64,000 bases of DNA, taken from positions 94,404 through 158,403 of the IMG/VR virus record IMGVR_UViG_3300028182_000001; one strand, 5' to 3'. Of the stretch, positions 1-9,417 are shown in pieces (position 1 is the first letter of the stretch; each line of letters begins with the position of its first letter). The DNA comes from a virus. The notes under the pieces were generated by a model. It ran no database searches and was not told the origin of the DNA. It was given only the letters and a program-made list of their open reading frames with translations. Both the position numbers and the translations under genes were made by a program.

Positions 1-102
1 CAGAAGCAGGACTTCTTCGAGAAGACTGTAACTCAATACGAGCAATCAACAGCTGAGAACACAGAGATGAACCTAGCAGATTTATCTAAACTTCAGTTCT
101 AA
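1..102 (+). CDS. Ribonucleotide reductase beta subunit, C-terminal fragment
   Basis: Frame 1 reads QKQDFFEKTVTQYEQ...QF*; DFFE..V..Y is the conserved R2 C-terminal motif. Confidence 0.75.
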   Translation, partial: QKQDFFEKTVTQYEQSTAENTEMNLADLSKLQF

Positions 103-107
103 ATTAG

Positions 108-138
108 AGAAGAGGAAAATTCCTCTTCTTTTTTTTTT
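108..138 (+). terminator. Rho-independent terminator
   Basis: AGAAGAGGA-aaat-TCCTCTTCT followed by a T run. Confidence 0.9.
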
Positions 139-148
139 GTATAAGTTG

Positions 149-177
149 TTGACTTATAGGAAACAATGATATAAGAT
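149..177 (+). promoter_or_regulatory. sigmaA-type early promoter
   Basis: TTGACT-N17-TAAGAT. Confidence 0.85.
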
Positions 178-201
178 AACGTTAACGATATAAGAGAGGG
201 C

Positions 202-858
202 GTGTTGATGATGAAACATGATATTGAGAAGTATGACAGAATAACGGTAACACAAGAAGACGTGGAGCGTTTATTTGCTTGGAGAGATAAGAACAAAGAG
301 TTAGTTCGAAACTTTAGTCCAGTATTGGAAGAAGGTGTTATCATAAACTCTGTAACACCACTTGTAAGGTACGTGTTCAAGAAAGAGGGGGATAGATACC
401 TATATAGTATCATTAACAAGTCCGATGACGTAGTATTGCACGCATTAATATGGGATTATACTACAGGTGAAGGTGTAACTGCCCACACAATACTGGATAA
501 CAGTCAAGCAAAAGACTACAACGAAACACTTATCTCCTTACATGCATCTTTAATGGCATACATGGAGCACTACCAAGATAACGAAGAGTATGTACGCAGA
601 CAGACGAACTCCGTTGTGGTAGGTCATAAGAAGCATAAGAAGTCCAAAAAGAAAACACCGATTAAGATACGTAGGAAGGTTTACTCACTTACAATTACAG
701 AGGAGAGCTTAAACGAAGTTACACGATCCTACGAACGCCAAATTGATAAATGGACTGTAAGAGGTCATTGGAGAAAAACAAAGAATGGTCAAGTATGGAT
801 TAAACCTCATGTCAGAGGAGAAGGGAAAGAAGTTACACCAAAAGAATATAAGTTGTAA
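202..858 (+). CDS. Phage protein with basic C-terminus (VRGHWR...WIKPHVRG motif)
   Basis: ORF track; follows promoter. Confidence 0.75.
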   Translation: MLMMKHDIEKYDRITVTQEDVERLFAWRDKNKELVRNFSPVLEEGVIINSVTPLVRYVFKKEGDRYLYSIINKSDDVVLHALIWDYTTGEGVTAHTILDNSQAKDYNETLISLHASLMAYMEHYQDNEEYVRRQTNSVVVGHKKHKKSKKKTPIKIRRKVYSLTITEESLNEVTRSYERQIDKWTVRGHWRKTKNGQVWIKPHVRGEGKEVTPKEYKL

Positions 859-866
859 AAAAGTTG

Positions 867-896
867 TTGACTAAAAGACAACCTACATGCTATAGT
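867..896 (+). promoter_or_regulatory. sigmaA-type early promoter
   Basis: TTGACT-N18-TATAGT with TG extension. Confidence 0.85.
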
Positions 897-920
897 AAGT
901 ACAGAAGTTAAGAAAAGGAG

Positions 921-1154
921 ATGTTACAAATGAAAATAAACGAAACAGTTTATGTGAATGGTAACTTAGAGTACGCATCTGAGGATGGTGCAATCTACGT
1001 AGTTATTGAACACGGTACAGGAGACATAATAGGTTTGGAGTATAATGACGCTACTGTCCACACTCTATACTCATTCATGTCAAAAGTAAAGTCTGCGTAC
1101 AATAGACGTGCAACAAAACAAGCATTAGAAAATATATCAATAGGAGGAGAGTAA
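921..1154 (+). CDS. Hypothetical protein (start may be 930)
   Basis: ORF with AAGGAG RBS. Confidence 0.75.
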   Translation: MLQMKINETVYVNGNLEYASEDGAIYVVIEHGTGDIIGLEYNDATVHTLYSFMSKVKSAYNRRATKQALENISIGGE

Positions 1155-1155
1155 C

Positions 1156-1434
1156 ATGAGATACACGTTAAAGAAAGCTTTAGTTGCTAGTAGAACTTCA
1201 AGTAGTGGACGAGTTGGTACTCCGATTCTAGGGTACTCTTTGCTAGATAGCGAAACAGGAGAAGTGAGTATCTATAGTAAATATGACGCTTACCGATTCG
1301 TAAAGTACCACAAAGCTACAAACTGCGAAGCAAAGACACGTACGATGGTGGTAGACGGGGAAAGTGAAACAATCTATTACTTAAAACCAAATGACGGAAC
1401 AAAAATGAACGAATATCTATTATCAGTAGAATAG
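1156..1434 (+). CDS. Hypothetical protein
   Basis: ORF with AGGAGG RBS. Confidence 0.8.
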   Translation: MRYTLKKALVASRTSSSGRVGTPILGYSLLDSETGEVSIYSKYDAYRFVKYHKATNCEAKTRTMVVDGESETIYYLKPNDGTKMNEYLLSVE

Positions 1435-1446
1435 GAGGAGAATAAT

Positions 1447-1761
1447 ATGGCTAAAAGACGTTGGAGTTGTGAAAATTGTGGGTACAACGAGATAGTTGAT
1501 GCTCACGCAACATTTGTATTATGTCCTGAGTGCGACTCAATAAGATTCGACCACGGTAGTATCATCGAAGATTACGATAATCTAGCCGATCCTAACACTA
1601 CGTTTGAGGACGAGTTCGGAGCAAGGTTGGTAGTGGTTAACGATATAGATGACGAAGGTGACATTAACATACTACCTTCGGATAATAACATGTTTTTTAG
1701 TAGAGAGAACGCTATTGCATTAGCAAAACATATTTTAAGAGTTTGTGGGGAGGAAGAATAA
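1447..1761 (+). CDS. Zinc-ribbon protein
   Basis: CENC...CPEC; RBS. Confidence 0.75.
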   Translation: MAKRRWSCENCGYNEIVDAHATFVLCPECDSIRFDHGSIIEDYDNLADPNTTFEDEFGARLVVVNDIDDEGDINILPSDNNMFFSRENAIALAKHILRVCGEEE

Positions 1762-1762
1762 T

Positions 1763-1885
1763 ATGGTTGAGAAAGTTAAAAAATTAATTAGAGATTACGA
1801 GAGTGGTCAAACAAGATTGAATATTTACGACTTAGCTTTCATGTTAAAAGAAATCGCAGAAGATAAATTGAAGGAGGAAGAATAA
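1763..1885 (+). CDS. Small hypothetical protein, 40 aa (not in ORF track)
   Basis: MVEKVKKLIRDYESG...KEEE*; GGAGG RBS; fills the gap between neighbours. Confidence 0.7.
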   Translation: MVEKVKKLIRDYESGQTRLNIYDLAFMLKEIAEDKLKEEE

Positions 1886-1886
1886 A

Positions 1887-2672
1887 ATGAATAAAGCAAT
1901 GGCACTTAAAAAAATGCAAACTGTACTAGCGGAGATGACGTTCCCTTGGGTATCAGAAAGAACGATCCTATTACTACCTTATGGAAGCCGCTTGTATGGA
2001 ACTGACACACTTGAGTCTGACTGGGACTTCAAAGGGGTGTGTATCCCTCCTAAAGATTTCTACTTAGGACTGAATACGTTTAATGAATTTAACAACACTG
2101 GTGGAAAGACATTTAAAAATACCAAAGAAGATGTAGATGTAAACATCCTACATATCAGTAAGTTCGTTAAGGACGCTATGCAAGGTGTACCTAACAATAT
2201 CGAAATGCTATTTGCTAGACCTGAAGACTATATCAAAGTGACAGAACTTGGACAAGTCCTGCTAGATAACCGTCATTTATTCCTATCTAAACAAATCATG
2301 AGAAAATTTGGCGGGTATACTACATCCTTAGTGAACAAGCTGAAAAATGGTGCAGGGCGTACCGAACTAATTGAAGCACATGGATATGACACAAAGAATT
2401 TTATGCAAGGTGTTAGACTGTTAATCTCTGCAATCGAAATCTTAGAAACTGGTGATTACAGCACATACCGTACTGAGCAAGATTTCTTACTAGGTTGCCG
2501 AGGTGGAGATTACACGCTTAGACAAGCGCTAGGTGTCATCGAATACCATGAGGAAAGACTACAAGAAGCTTATGAGAAATCTGAGCTACCTGATAAACCT
2601 GATTATGATAAGGTTAACAACATGTTAATGGGGATCAATGAAGACGCACTAAAATTCGGTATCCACCAATGA
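1887..2672 (+). CDS. DNA pol beta-superfamily nucleotidyltransferase (Nuc-transf/RlaP-like)
   Basis: GSRLYGT...SDWDFKG motif; helical C-terminus ending S.LPDKPD. Confidence 0.85.
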   Translation: MNKAMALKKMQTVLAEMTFPWVSERTILLLPYGSRLYGTDTLESDWDFKGVCIPPKDFYLGLNTFNEFNNTGGKTFKNTKEDVDVNILHISKFVKDAMQGVPNNIEMLFARPEDYIKVTELGQVLLDNRHLFLSKQIMRKFGGYTTSLVNKLKNGAGRTELIEAHGYDTKNFMQGVRLLISAIEILETGDYSTYRTEQDFLLGCRGGDYTLRQALGVIEYHEERLQEAYEKSELPDKPDYDKVNNMLMGINEDALKFGIHQ

Positions 2673-2911
2673 ACACGATGTACGTATGGGAAATACTATA
2701 CAAACAAGGGGAGAAAGCAAAGTCGGTCACACTAAATGGGATTAATCCTATTAAAGTAGTAGAGACATTACAACGTATACAGTACGATAAAAGTATGAGG
2801 ATAGTAGTTTACTGCGTGGATGCAGTAGGGCACATCAATAAATCGACTGGTGAGATTGTAACACTACCGCTAATGTTCGAAGGTAAGAAAGCAAAATATA
2901 GTACTAAGTAG
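2669..2911 (+). CDS. Hypothetical protein
   Basis: ATGA overlap with upstream gene. Confidence 0.65.
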   Translation: MNTMYVWEILYKQGEKAKSVTLNGINPIKVVETLQRIQYDKSMRIVVYCVDAVGHINKSTGEIVTLPLMFEGKKAKYSTK

Positions 2912-2939
2912 AGCAGGTTTCCGCAACCTGTTCTTTTTT
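2911..2939 (+). terminator. Rho-independent terminator
   Basis: GAGCAGGTT-tccgc-AACCTGTTC followed by Ts. Confidence 0.85.
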
Positions 2940-3061
2940 CTGTTTATGGTATAATTAAGGTAACGGTATACCAATCATTGTTGTGTCTGAAAATTCAGAA
3001 TTGGAGAGATAAACATGGAATATACAAATTGGCAAGAAGAAATTGGACGAGGTGAAATCTA

Positions 3062-3820
3062 ATGGCTAGAAAGAAATCATTAAATATCTTTAATACAGAT
3101 AGAGCATACAATATTAACTTAACTACAGTACAAGAGGAAGGTAGTTTCATTAAAGTTACAAAATTGAACGAAGAAGAAATCGAACAAGAGATGGATCAGT
3201 TAAAAGAAGAATCGGTTCGATTTAATATGCGTAACGATAAAAGGTACCTCCTATTTAAACAGCGATACGCTAACGATACATTACACGAGAAGATTATTAA
3301 TCACGGTGGCTACATTAAATATTACAGTGACGGTAGAGTGCCGATCCCTGTAATCAATCAGTTATCCAGTGTACCACAATCAGAAGTAATTTACTTATGT
3401 AAGAAAGAGCATACAATTGATGACGTATTGAATGTGCAACTAGCATCTATGGCAACGAGTGTCGTAGTAGATGTACCGATTGTACTTCCCGATATCAACG
3501 TGTACGATTATCTATTCTCGTTGTATCCACTACGCTATCATGTGGACAAGGTTAGAATTTCCTTCCCTCCTTTACGAGAAGATGAGATACAGGATCGACA
3601 TAAAAAGTTCTACACACTTTATAATGGTATGTATCATCTCAAAGCAAAATACAAATACCAATGTTTCTGCTACCTACAGGAGCCACTATCAACATGGAAA
3701 ATGAATATTTGGCTTACGTGTGATTCTCAGAAAGATAAGAAGATGGTAGAGGACTTAGTACTAAAAGATAATAAGCGTTTCAGACGTATGGAGAATCCTT
3801 TCGTAACGGAGGGAAACTAG
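3062..3820 (+). CDS. Phage protein upstream of HU-like gene
   Basis: 252 aa ORF, GAGGTG RBS. Confidence 0.8.
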   Translation: MARKKSLNIFNTDRAYNINLTTVQEEGSFIKVTKLNEEEIEQEMDQLKEESVRFNMRNDKRYLLFKQRYANDTLHEKIINHGGYIKYYSDGRVPIPVINQLSSVPQSEVIYLCKKEHTIDDVLNVQLASMATSVVVDVPIVLPDINVYDYLFSLYPLRYHVDKVRISFPPLREDEIQDRHKKFYTLYNGMYHLKAKYKYQCFCYLQEPLSTWKMNIWLTCDSQKDKKMVEDLVLKDNKRFRRMENPFVTEGN

Positions 3821-3821
3821 T

Positions 3822-4121
3822 ATGACGGTGAATAGAAAAGAGATTGCAAGACGTGCGGCCCACATCGGTAACTACGATATCGGTGGGACAGAAGAACTAA
3901 CAAAGATAATCGAAGATGTTATCGTTAGTGCCCTAGCAAACGGGGAAAGTGTGAAGTTCGGTAAAGTATGTAAATGGGATATCGAGGAAGTACCTGAGAA
4001 GAGAGCATACGATGGTCTAAATAAAAAGTATTTTACTAGACCAGCGAAGCGCATACCGAAATACAAGCCACTAAAACGACTTACAGATATTGAGCTGCCA
4101 GTACAAAAGAAAGAGGAGTAA
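3822..4121 (+). CDS. HU/IHF/TF1-like DNA-binding protein
   Basis: NRKEIA...VIVSALANGESVKFGK...PAKRIPKYKP pattern. Confidence 0.85.
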   Translation: MTVNRKEIARRAAHIGNYDIGGTEELTKIIEDVIVSALANGESVKFGKVCKWDIEEVPEKRAYDGLNKKYFTRPAKRIPKYKPLKRLTDIELPVQKKEE

Positions 4122-4135
4122 CGATCCTCTTTTTT
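4112..4135 (+). terminator. Rho-independent terminator
   Basis: AGAGGA-N7-TCCTCT followed by Ts. Confidence 0.75.
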
Positions 4136-4150
4136 CTTTGTAATTTATTG

Positions 4151-4179
4151 TTGACTTATAGACAAAGTTACAGTAATAT
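4151..4179 (+). promoter_or_regulatory. sigmaA-type promoter for the methyltransferase pair
   Basis: TTGACT-N17-TAATAT. Confidence 0.85.
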
Positions 4180-4222
4180 TATCTACAGATACAGAATACA
4201 TTATTAAGTTGAGGAGGTAATC

Positions 4223-5245
4223 ATGGACGAACTAAGAGTAGTAGAACTGTTTGCAGGATACGGTAGCCAATCAATGGCACTGAAACGAGCAAACATCAAT
4301 TATAAAACTGTAGCGATTGCAGAGATTGATAAGGACGCACTGGTTTCTTATGAAGCAATCCACGGCAAACCAAATAACCTTGGAGACATTACCAAGGTAA
4401 GAGGAGAAGACGTTCCTGACCACGACTTCATGACGTATTCATTCCCTTGTACAGACATCTCTGTATCAGGTGCGATGAAAGGTCTATTGGAAGGTTCAGG
4501 TACAAGCTCTAGTACGTTATGGGATGTAAAGAGAGTAATAGAAGCGAAGAAACCTAGATTCCTAATGATGGAAAACGTAGACAACCTTGTTATCAAATTC
4601 ATGGACGACTACCTACTATGGTTAAAGTACCTAGAATCACAAGGGTATGCTACATCGTGGAAAGTTATTGACGCATCTCCTTACGTACCACAAAGACGTA
4701 AACGTGTTATAGCAATCTCTCGATTAGATGGACAGGCATTCCCGTTCCCTGAAGACCCTACGGAGCGTACATATGATTTAATAGACGTGCTAGAGGAGTT
4801 CGATGATGCAGAAGCATTAGAGAGCTTTAAAGACCCTACAGTGCGAAGTGCTACAGTAGACCCTGTTACATATTATAACCCGAATTCAGATTACTATAAA
4901 CTGCAACCTGAGAATAGTAGAGCATCATTCATTGGATACATAGGGAACCAACCGAAACAGGCTACACGAGTATATGAACCTATCACGGCTTCAACGTTGA
5001 CTGCTAATGGTGGCGGCCAAGGTGGGAAGACAGGTCTGTATCACCTAGGTACGCATATCCGAAATCTTAGTCCGTTAGAAGCGTGGCGCATCATGGGTGT
5101 GAGTGACGAGGACTTCTACAAGGCAAAAGCAACAGGTATCAAGAAGACCCAACTACTACGTCAAGCAGGGAACTCTATCGTAGTTGATATCATGGTACCA
5201 ATATTTGAAAAGCTCTTTAAAGATTATATGAAGGAGACAAAATAA
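4223..5245 (+). CDS. DNA cytosine-C5 methyltransferase, full length
   Basis: Motifs I ELFAGYG, IV SFPC, VI ENV, VIII QRRKR, IX RNLSPLEAWRIMG, X QAGNSIV. Confidence 0.95.
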   Translation: MDELRVVELFAGYGSQSMALKRANINYKTVAIAEIDKDALVSYEAIHGKPNNLGDITKVRGEDVPDHDFMTYSFPCTDISVSGAMKGLLEGSGTSSSTLWDVKRVIEAKKPRFLMMENVDNLVIKFMDDYLLWLKYLESQGYATSWKVIDASPYVPQRRKRVIAISRLDGQAFPFPEDPTERTYDLIDVLEEFDDAEALESFKDPTVRSATVDPVTYYNPNSDYYKLQPENSRASFIGYIGNQPKQATRVYEPITASTLTANGGGQGGKTGLYHLGTHIRNLSPLEAWRIMGVSDEDFYKAKATGIKKTQLLRQAGNSIVVDIMVPIFEKLFKDYMKETK

Positions 5246-5246
5246 T

Positions 5247-5912
5247 ATGACAAAGAAGAAACTAAAAGTACTAGAATTATTTGCTGGCACGAGGTCAGTA
5301 GGTAAAGCATTCGAAGCACAGGGACACGAGGTATATAGTGTTGAGTGGGATCAGAAACATCCAGGAATCCATTGGTACGCAGATATATCGAAAATCACTG
5401 CACAGGAAATCATCGAACGCTTTGGTAAACCTGATATCATTTGGGCTAGTCCTGATTGTACAAGCTACTCAGTAGCAGGTATCTCGCATCACCGTAGAAA
5501 GGATGACGATGGTAACTTACGTCCTATTAGTGAGTATGCCCAATTCTGCGACACTACAAACCAACACGTAGTAGATTTAATTCGAGAACTTCAACCGAAG
5601 TACTACTTCATTGAGAATCCTCGTGGTGGAATGAGAAAGATGAACTTCATGCAGGATGACGCATTACCGAATGGTGGTAAACGTTACACAGTTACATATT
5701 GCCAGTACGGGGACACTCGTATGAAGCCAACTGACTTATGGACTAACCATCCTGAGCCGAAGTTTAAAGAGCCTTGTAAAAATGGTATGCCTTGTCACGT
5801 AGCTGCCCCTCGTGGAAGCGCAACAGGTACACAAGGTATAAAAGGGTCTGTAGACCGTTCACGCATCCCTGAGGAGCTATGCAACCACGTAGCGAAGATT
5901 TCTGAAGAGTAA
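5247..5912 (+). CDS. Short DNA cytosine-C5 methyltransferase-like protein
   Basis: Motif I ELFAGT, IV-like ASPDC, VI ENP; 221 aa. Confidence 0.85.
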   Translation: MTKKKLKVLELFAGTRSVGKAFEAQGHEVYSVEWDQKHPGIHWYADISKITAQEIIERFGKPDIIWASPDCTSYSVAGISHHRRKDDDGNLRPISEYAQFCDTTNQHVVDLIRELQPKYYFIENPRGGMRKMNFMQDDALPNGGKRYTVTYCQYGDTRMKPTDLWTNHPEPKFKEPCKNGMPCHVAAPRGSATGTQGIKGSVDRSRIPEELCNHVAKISEE

Positions 5913-5918
5913 AAGATT

Positions 5919-5945
5919 GAGAGGTGTAACAACCTCTCTTTTTTT
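5919..5945 (+). terminator. Rho-independent terminator
   Basis: GAGAGGT-N6-ACCTCTC followed by Ts. Confidence 0.85.
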
Positions 5946-5960
5946 GTGTCTATTATCTTG

Positions 5961-5989
5961 TTGACTTATAGTGTATGATATAGTACTAT
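5961..5989 (+). promoter_or_regulatory. sigmaA-type promoter
   Basis: TTGACT-N17-TACTAT. Confidence 0.8.
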
Positions 5990-6022
5990 TATAGAAGATT
6001 ATATGGAGGAGGAGAGGACATT

Positions 6023-6181
6023 ATGCCAAAGTTTTTGCAACTTGTTTTATGTGGATTACTTTTAGCAGGAGGGACAGACGACTGGATTAAAGATAGTATC
6101 CCGTCCGCCGTGTTCTTCTATGTTGTAGGTATAGGGCTACTGATTCATTTGTTTTTCCGATTCCTAGATGAACAGTACTAA
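6023..6181 (+). CDS. Small membrane protein, 52 aa (not in ORF track)
   Basis: MPKFLQLVLCGLLLAGG...; two hydrophobic segments; GGAGG RBS. Confidence 0.7.
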   Translation: MPKFLQLVLCGLLLAGGTDDWIKDSIPSAVFFYVVGIGLLIHLFFRFLDEQY

Positions 6182-6196
6182 TAAGGAGGACGTAAC

Positions 6197-9100
6197 TTGA
6201 AAGCATTATTTCTACAAGAGTTTGTAAGAGAAAGTCACATGCAACGACAGAATGATGGATCGTTTAAAAACATATTCCTCCAAACTAACGGAGGAAAGCT
6301 GCTAAAGAAACTAATCCATGAAGGGTTAGAGCTAACGAAGAATGACTACTACATCGACTATGCGTTCTTCAAAGTACCTGAGGTTATTACTCGGGATAAT
6401 CGAGATAGAGCCATTAAGTACAAACCACCAACTGCAAAAGAATCGAAACCTGAATACGAGAACTTATACAAACGTATCGTACAGGACAAGCCTGACATTA
6501 TCATTCCTTCAGGTAAACTTGGGTGTAAAGCTCTACTGAATGTAGCAGAGATTTCTAAGCTACGAGGAGTACCACAACAAGTTACAATCACTGCAAATAT
6601 TGAAATGTTTGATGAGAGCGCAGTTGTTGAAGGTGTAGATAACTCAGGTTGGATTACAGAAACGTATACACATACATGTTGGGTTATGCCTATATACAGT
6701 ATGGAATACATGCTTGTTAATCCGAAGATTCAGAACTTAGTAGAAGCAGACTTCGGTACATTGAAGAAGTACGTAGAGCAAGGTGACAACGCATTTATTG
6801 CGAAGGATGTAAAGTACGAAGATGTTACAACTATTGAACGTGTACGAGAAATCTTCACCAAGATAGTAAAAGAAGCTCCTATCGTAGCGTGGGATTTAGA
6901 GACCAATACGTTAGAAGCCGATAAAGCAGGTTCTAAACCACTAGTAATCTCTCTTTGTTGGAAAGAGGGTACAGGTGTAACCATTCCGTTAGAACATAAG
7001 GACTGGACATGGCTTCCTGGTCACTTAGCTGAGATTTACAACTACATAAAAGAATTTGTTGCCGATCCGAAGATTGTTAAAGTCGGACACAACATCAAGT
7101 TCGATATCAGGTTCCTACGCTTATCTAGAGGGTTTACAGAGTTCAATAACCATCGTGATACAAAAACAATGTACTACCTACTTGTAAACCAGGATGTAAA
7201 AGGTTCATTACGTCTATCCGACTTAACATTCGAATTTACAGATATGGGTGGATATGATAGAGCGCTAGAGGACTTTAAAAAGGATTACAAAGAGAACTAC
7301 AAGAAGAACGAGAAAGAACGTATTGCAAAACTAAAAGAAGAATTTAAAGCGCAATGTGCAAAAGAAAGAGCAGAAGTACAACAGCAAGTGAAGGACGCAA
7401 AAGCAGAATTACGTTTACTCAAGAAGGAATCTCCAACGACTGAAATTCTTAATAGAATAACAGAGTTACAGGAGATTGCACAACGTAAGTATGTGAAACC
7501 TTCGATGCCTGACTTTGGGACCGCAGGTTCACCAGTCAATCCTGTAGACGGATCGGACTTCTGTTATGAGTGGATTCCACTATTCGAAATGCTTTCTCCG
7601 TACGCTAGTGGTGACGTAGACGTGTGTTTACGTATCTATAACCAACTAGACCAAAGATGTCAGCAAAAAGGCTTAGAGCACATTAGAGAGCTTTATACGA
7701 ATCATTATCCACAACTATCTGCAACACTTGCTAAAATCGAAGCAACGGGAATCAAGTTAAACATCCCGTACGTACAAGCACTAGCAGATGCGTACCAAAA
7801 GGAAGAGGATCGTTTAACGGCAATCATCCGTAAGTTCCCTGAAGTAAAGCAAATGGAAGACGAACATCGCCAGCTTTACCAAATGGGATTAAACGAACTT
7901 GCAAAGCCTGTAGCTGAGAGAGACAAGAAGATAGCGGCCTTACGTGATAAGTACAAGGACAAGCTAGAGTTTAACGCAAACTCTCCTGACGACAAGAAAG
8001 AGGTACTGTACAAGATTACAGGCATTCGACTACCGTTCGATAAAGAGCGTCTAGTAGACTCTGTATTCGAGAAGGGACTAAAAGAGGAAGAGATTGAATG
8101 GTGCCATTACAAAACGAATACTGCGAACTTGGAGTACATCGCCAAGGAGTATCCTGAGTACAAGGAACTAGCAGAAGTTATGATCCATCACTCACTCGTT
8201 AAAACACGTAAGCAAAGTTTCACGTACAAGTTCCTTAGTATGGTAGATATGAACGATATCTTGCACGGTACGTTCAACCCTGAAGGTACAGAAACATCTC
8301 GTCTATCGTCAAAAGACCCGAACTGTCAGAACTTCCCTCGTAAGACGGAAGATGTAACACGGTTCGACTATCAGCACCCTATTAAACGAATGTTCGTAAG
8401 TAGATTCACAAACGGAGCACTACTACAACTCGATTACTCTTCACTTGAATCTCGTATCATGGCTTTAATTGCATACGATGAGGAAATGATTGAAGCGTTC
8501 TTAACGAAGAAGGATGTACATACGCACACTGCTTCACTGGTATTCAAAAAGGCAGAAGAAGATGTAACAGGTGATGAACGTACGGCCGCTAAACGGGTAA
8601 CATTCGGACTAGCGTACGGAGAAGCACCATTCTCGTTCGCACCTAAATACAACATGACAATCCAAGAAGCAGAGAAACTATTTGATGACTACTTCAAGAA
8701 CAAACCGAAGATTAAAACGTACATTGATGAAACGAAAGAGAAAGCTAGACAGACGGGTTATATCTCTTGTATGCAAGGTTTCACTCGTAACTTACGAGAT
8801 GTGTATTCGCAAGATAAACAGAAACGTAATGGTGCGTTACGTCAGTCTGTAAATACACAGGTACAGGGATCGGGTGCATTCTTAACGAATAACTCATTAA
8901 TCTACATCAACAACATTATTGAGAAGCAGGGACTACGTTCTCGTATCGTTCTAACTGTACACGATAGTATTGTTATAGATTGTCCACCCGAAGAAATTCA
9001 CATCATGGCTCACATCGGTAAAACAGTAATGGAGAACTTACCGATCCCTTGGTTACACATCGAGTGGAAAGGTGAAACAATTCGATTCCCTATTACGGCA

Positions 9101-9313
9101 GATGTGGAGATTGGTACAACATACAACGATATGGTTAACTACGATAAGGACGAACTAAACACGTTCCAAAAAGTAGAGAACTACTGTAAGTATCATATGG
9201 ACTTAAAGAGCGTGAAGCATTACAAAGAGTCAGGTATCATCACAGAAGAGAAAGCAAAAGAGCTAAAGGCTACGATTGAATCCAAAAAACAAGCGTACCA
9301 AACGGCTGTATAA
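6197..9313 (+). CDS. Family A DNA polymerase with N-terminal UDG-like and 3'-5' exonuclease domains
   Basis: Exo motifs AWDLET, GHNIKFD; pol motifs DYSSLESR, AKRVTFGLAYG, TVHDS; TTG start with AAGGAGG. Confidence 0.95.
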   Translation: MKALFLQEFVRESHMQRQNDGSFKNIFLQTNGGKLLKKLIHEGLELTKNDYYIDYAFFKVPEVITRDNRDRAIKYKPPTAKESKPEYENLYKRIVQDKPDIIIPSGKLGCKALLNVAEISKLRGVPQQVTITANIEMFDESAVVEGVDNSGWITETYTHTCWVMPIYSMEYMLVNPKIQNLVEADFGTLKKYVEQGDNAFIAKDVKYEDVTTIERVREIFTKIVKEAPIVAWDLETNTLEADKAGSKPLVISLCWKEGTGVTIPLEHKDWTWLPGHLAEIYNYIKEFVADPKIVKVGHNIKFDIRFLRLSRGFTEFNNHRDTKTMYYLLVNQDVKGSLRLSDLTFEFTDMGGYDRALEDFKKDYKENYKKNEKERIAKLKEEFKAQCAKERAEVQQQVKDAKAELRLLKKESPTTEILNRITELQEIAQRKYVKPSMPDFGTAGSPVNPVDGSDFCYEWIPLFEMLSPYASGDVDVCLRIYNQLDQRCQQKGLEHIRELYTNHYPQLSATLAKIEATGIKLNIPYVQALADAYQKEEDRLTAIIRKFPEVKQMEDEHRQLYQMGLNELAKPVAERDKKIAALRDKYKDKLEFNANSPDDKKEVLYKITGIRLPFDKERLVDSVFEKGLKEEEIEWCHYKTNTANLEYIAKEYPEYKELAEVMIHHSLVKTRKQSFTYKFLSMVDMNDILHGTFNPEGTETSRLSSKDPNCQNFPRKTEDVTRFDYQHPIKRMFVSRFTNGALLQLDYSSLESRIMALIAYDEEMIEAFLTKKDVHTHTASLVFKKAEEDVTGDERTAAKRVTFGLAYGEAPFSFAPKYNMTIQEAEKLFDDYFKNKPKIKTYIDETKEKARQTGYISCMQGFTRNLRDVYSQDKQKRNGALRQSVNTQVQGSGAFLTNNSLIYINNIIEKQGLRSRIVLTVHDSIVIDCPPEEIHIMAHIGKTVMENLPIPWLHIEWKGETIRFPITADVEIGTTYNDMVNYDKDELNTFQKVENYCKYHMDLKSVKHYKESGIITEEKAKELKATIESKKQAYQTAV

Positions 9314-9329
9314 TTTCTGTAACTTTTTG

Positions 9330-9358
9330 TTGACACACAGAATAGGATAGTGTAATAT
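9330..9358 (+). promoter_or_regulatory. sigmaA-type promoter
   Basis: TTGACA-N17-TAATAT. Confidence 0.85.
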
Positions 9359-9417
9359 ACTAAGAGAAGAGACAAGCAGTTTCTTCTCTTTAGTTTAAAG
9401 GATAGAGGTGAGAGTAT

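Noticed and set aside
3015-3062. 15 aa ORF MEYTNWQEEIGRGEI coupled to 3062
   Set aside because: It is too short to support without conservation data, although a GGAGAG precedes it.
4223-5912. Complete restriction-modification system
   Set aside because: No adjacent endonuclease; the nearest nuclease-like genes are over 10 kb away and belong to other families.
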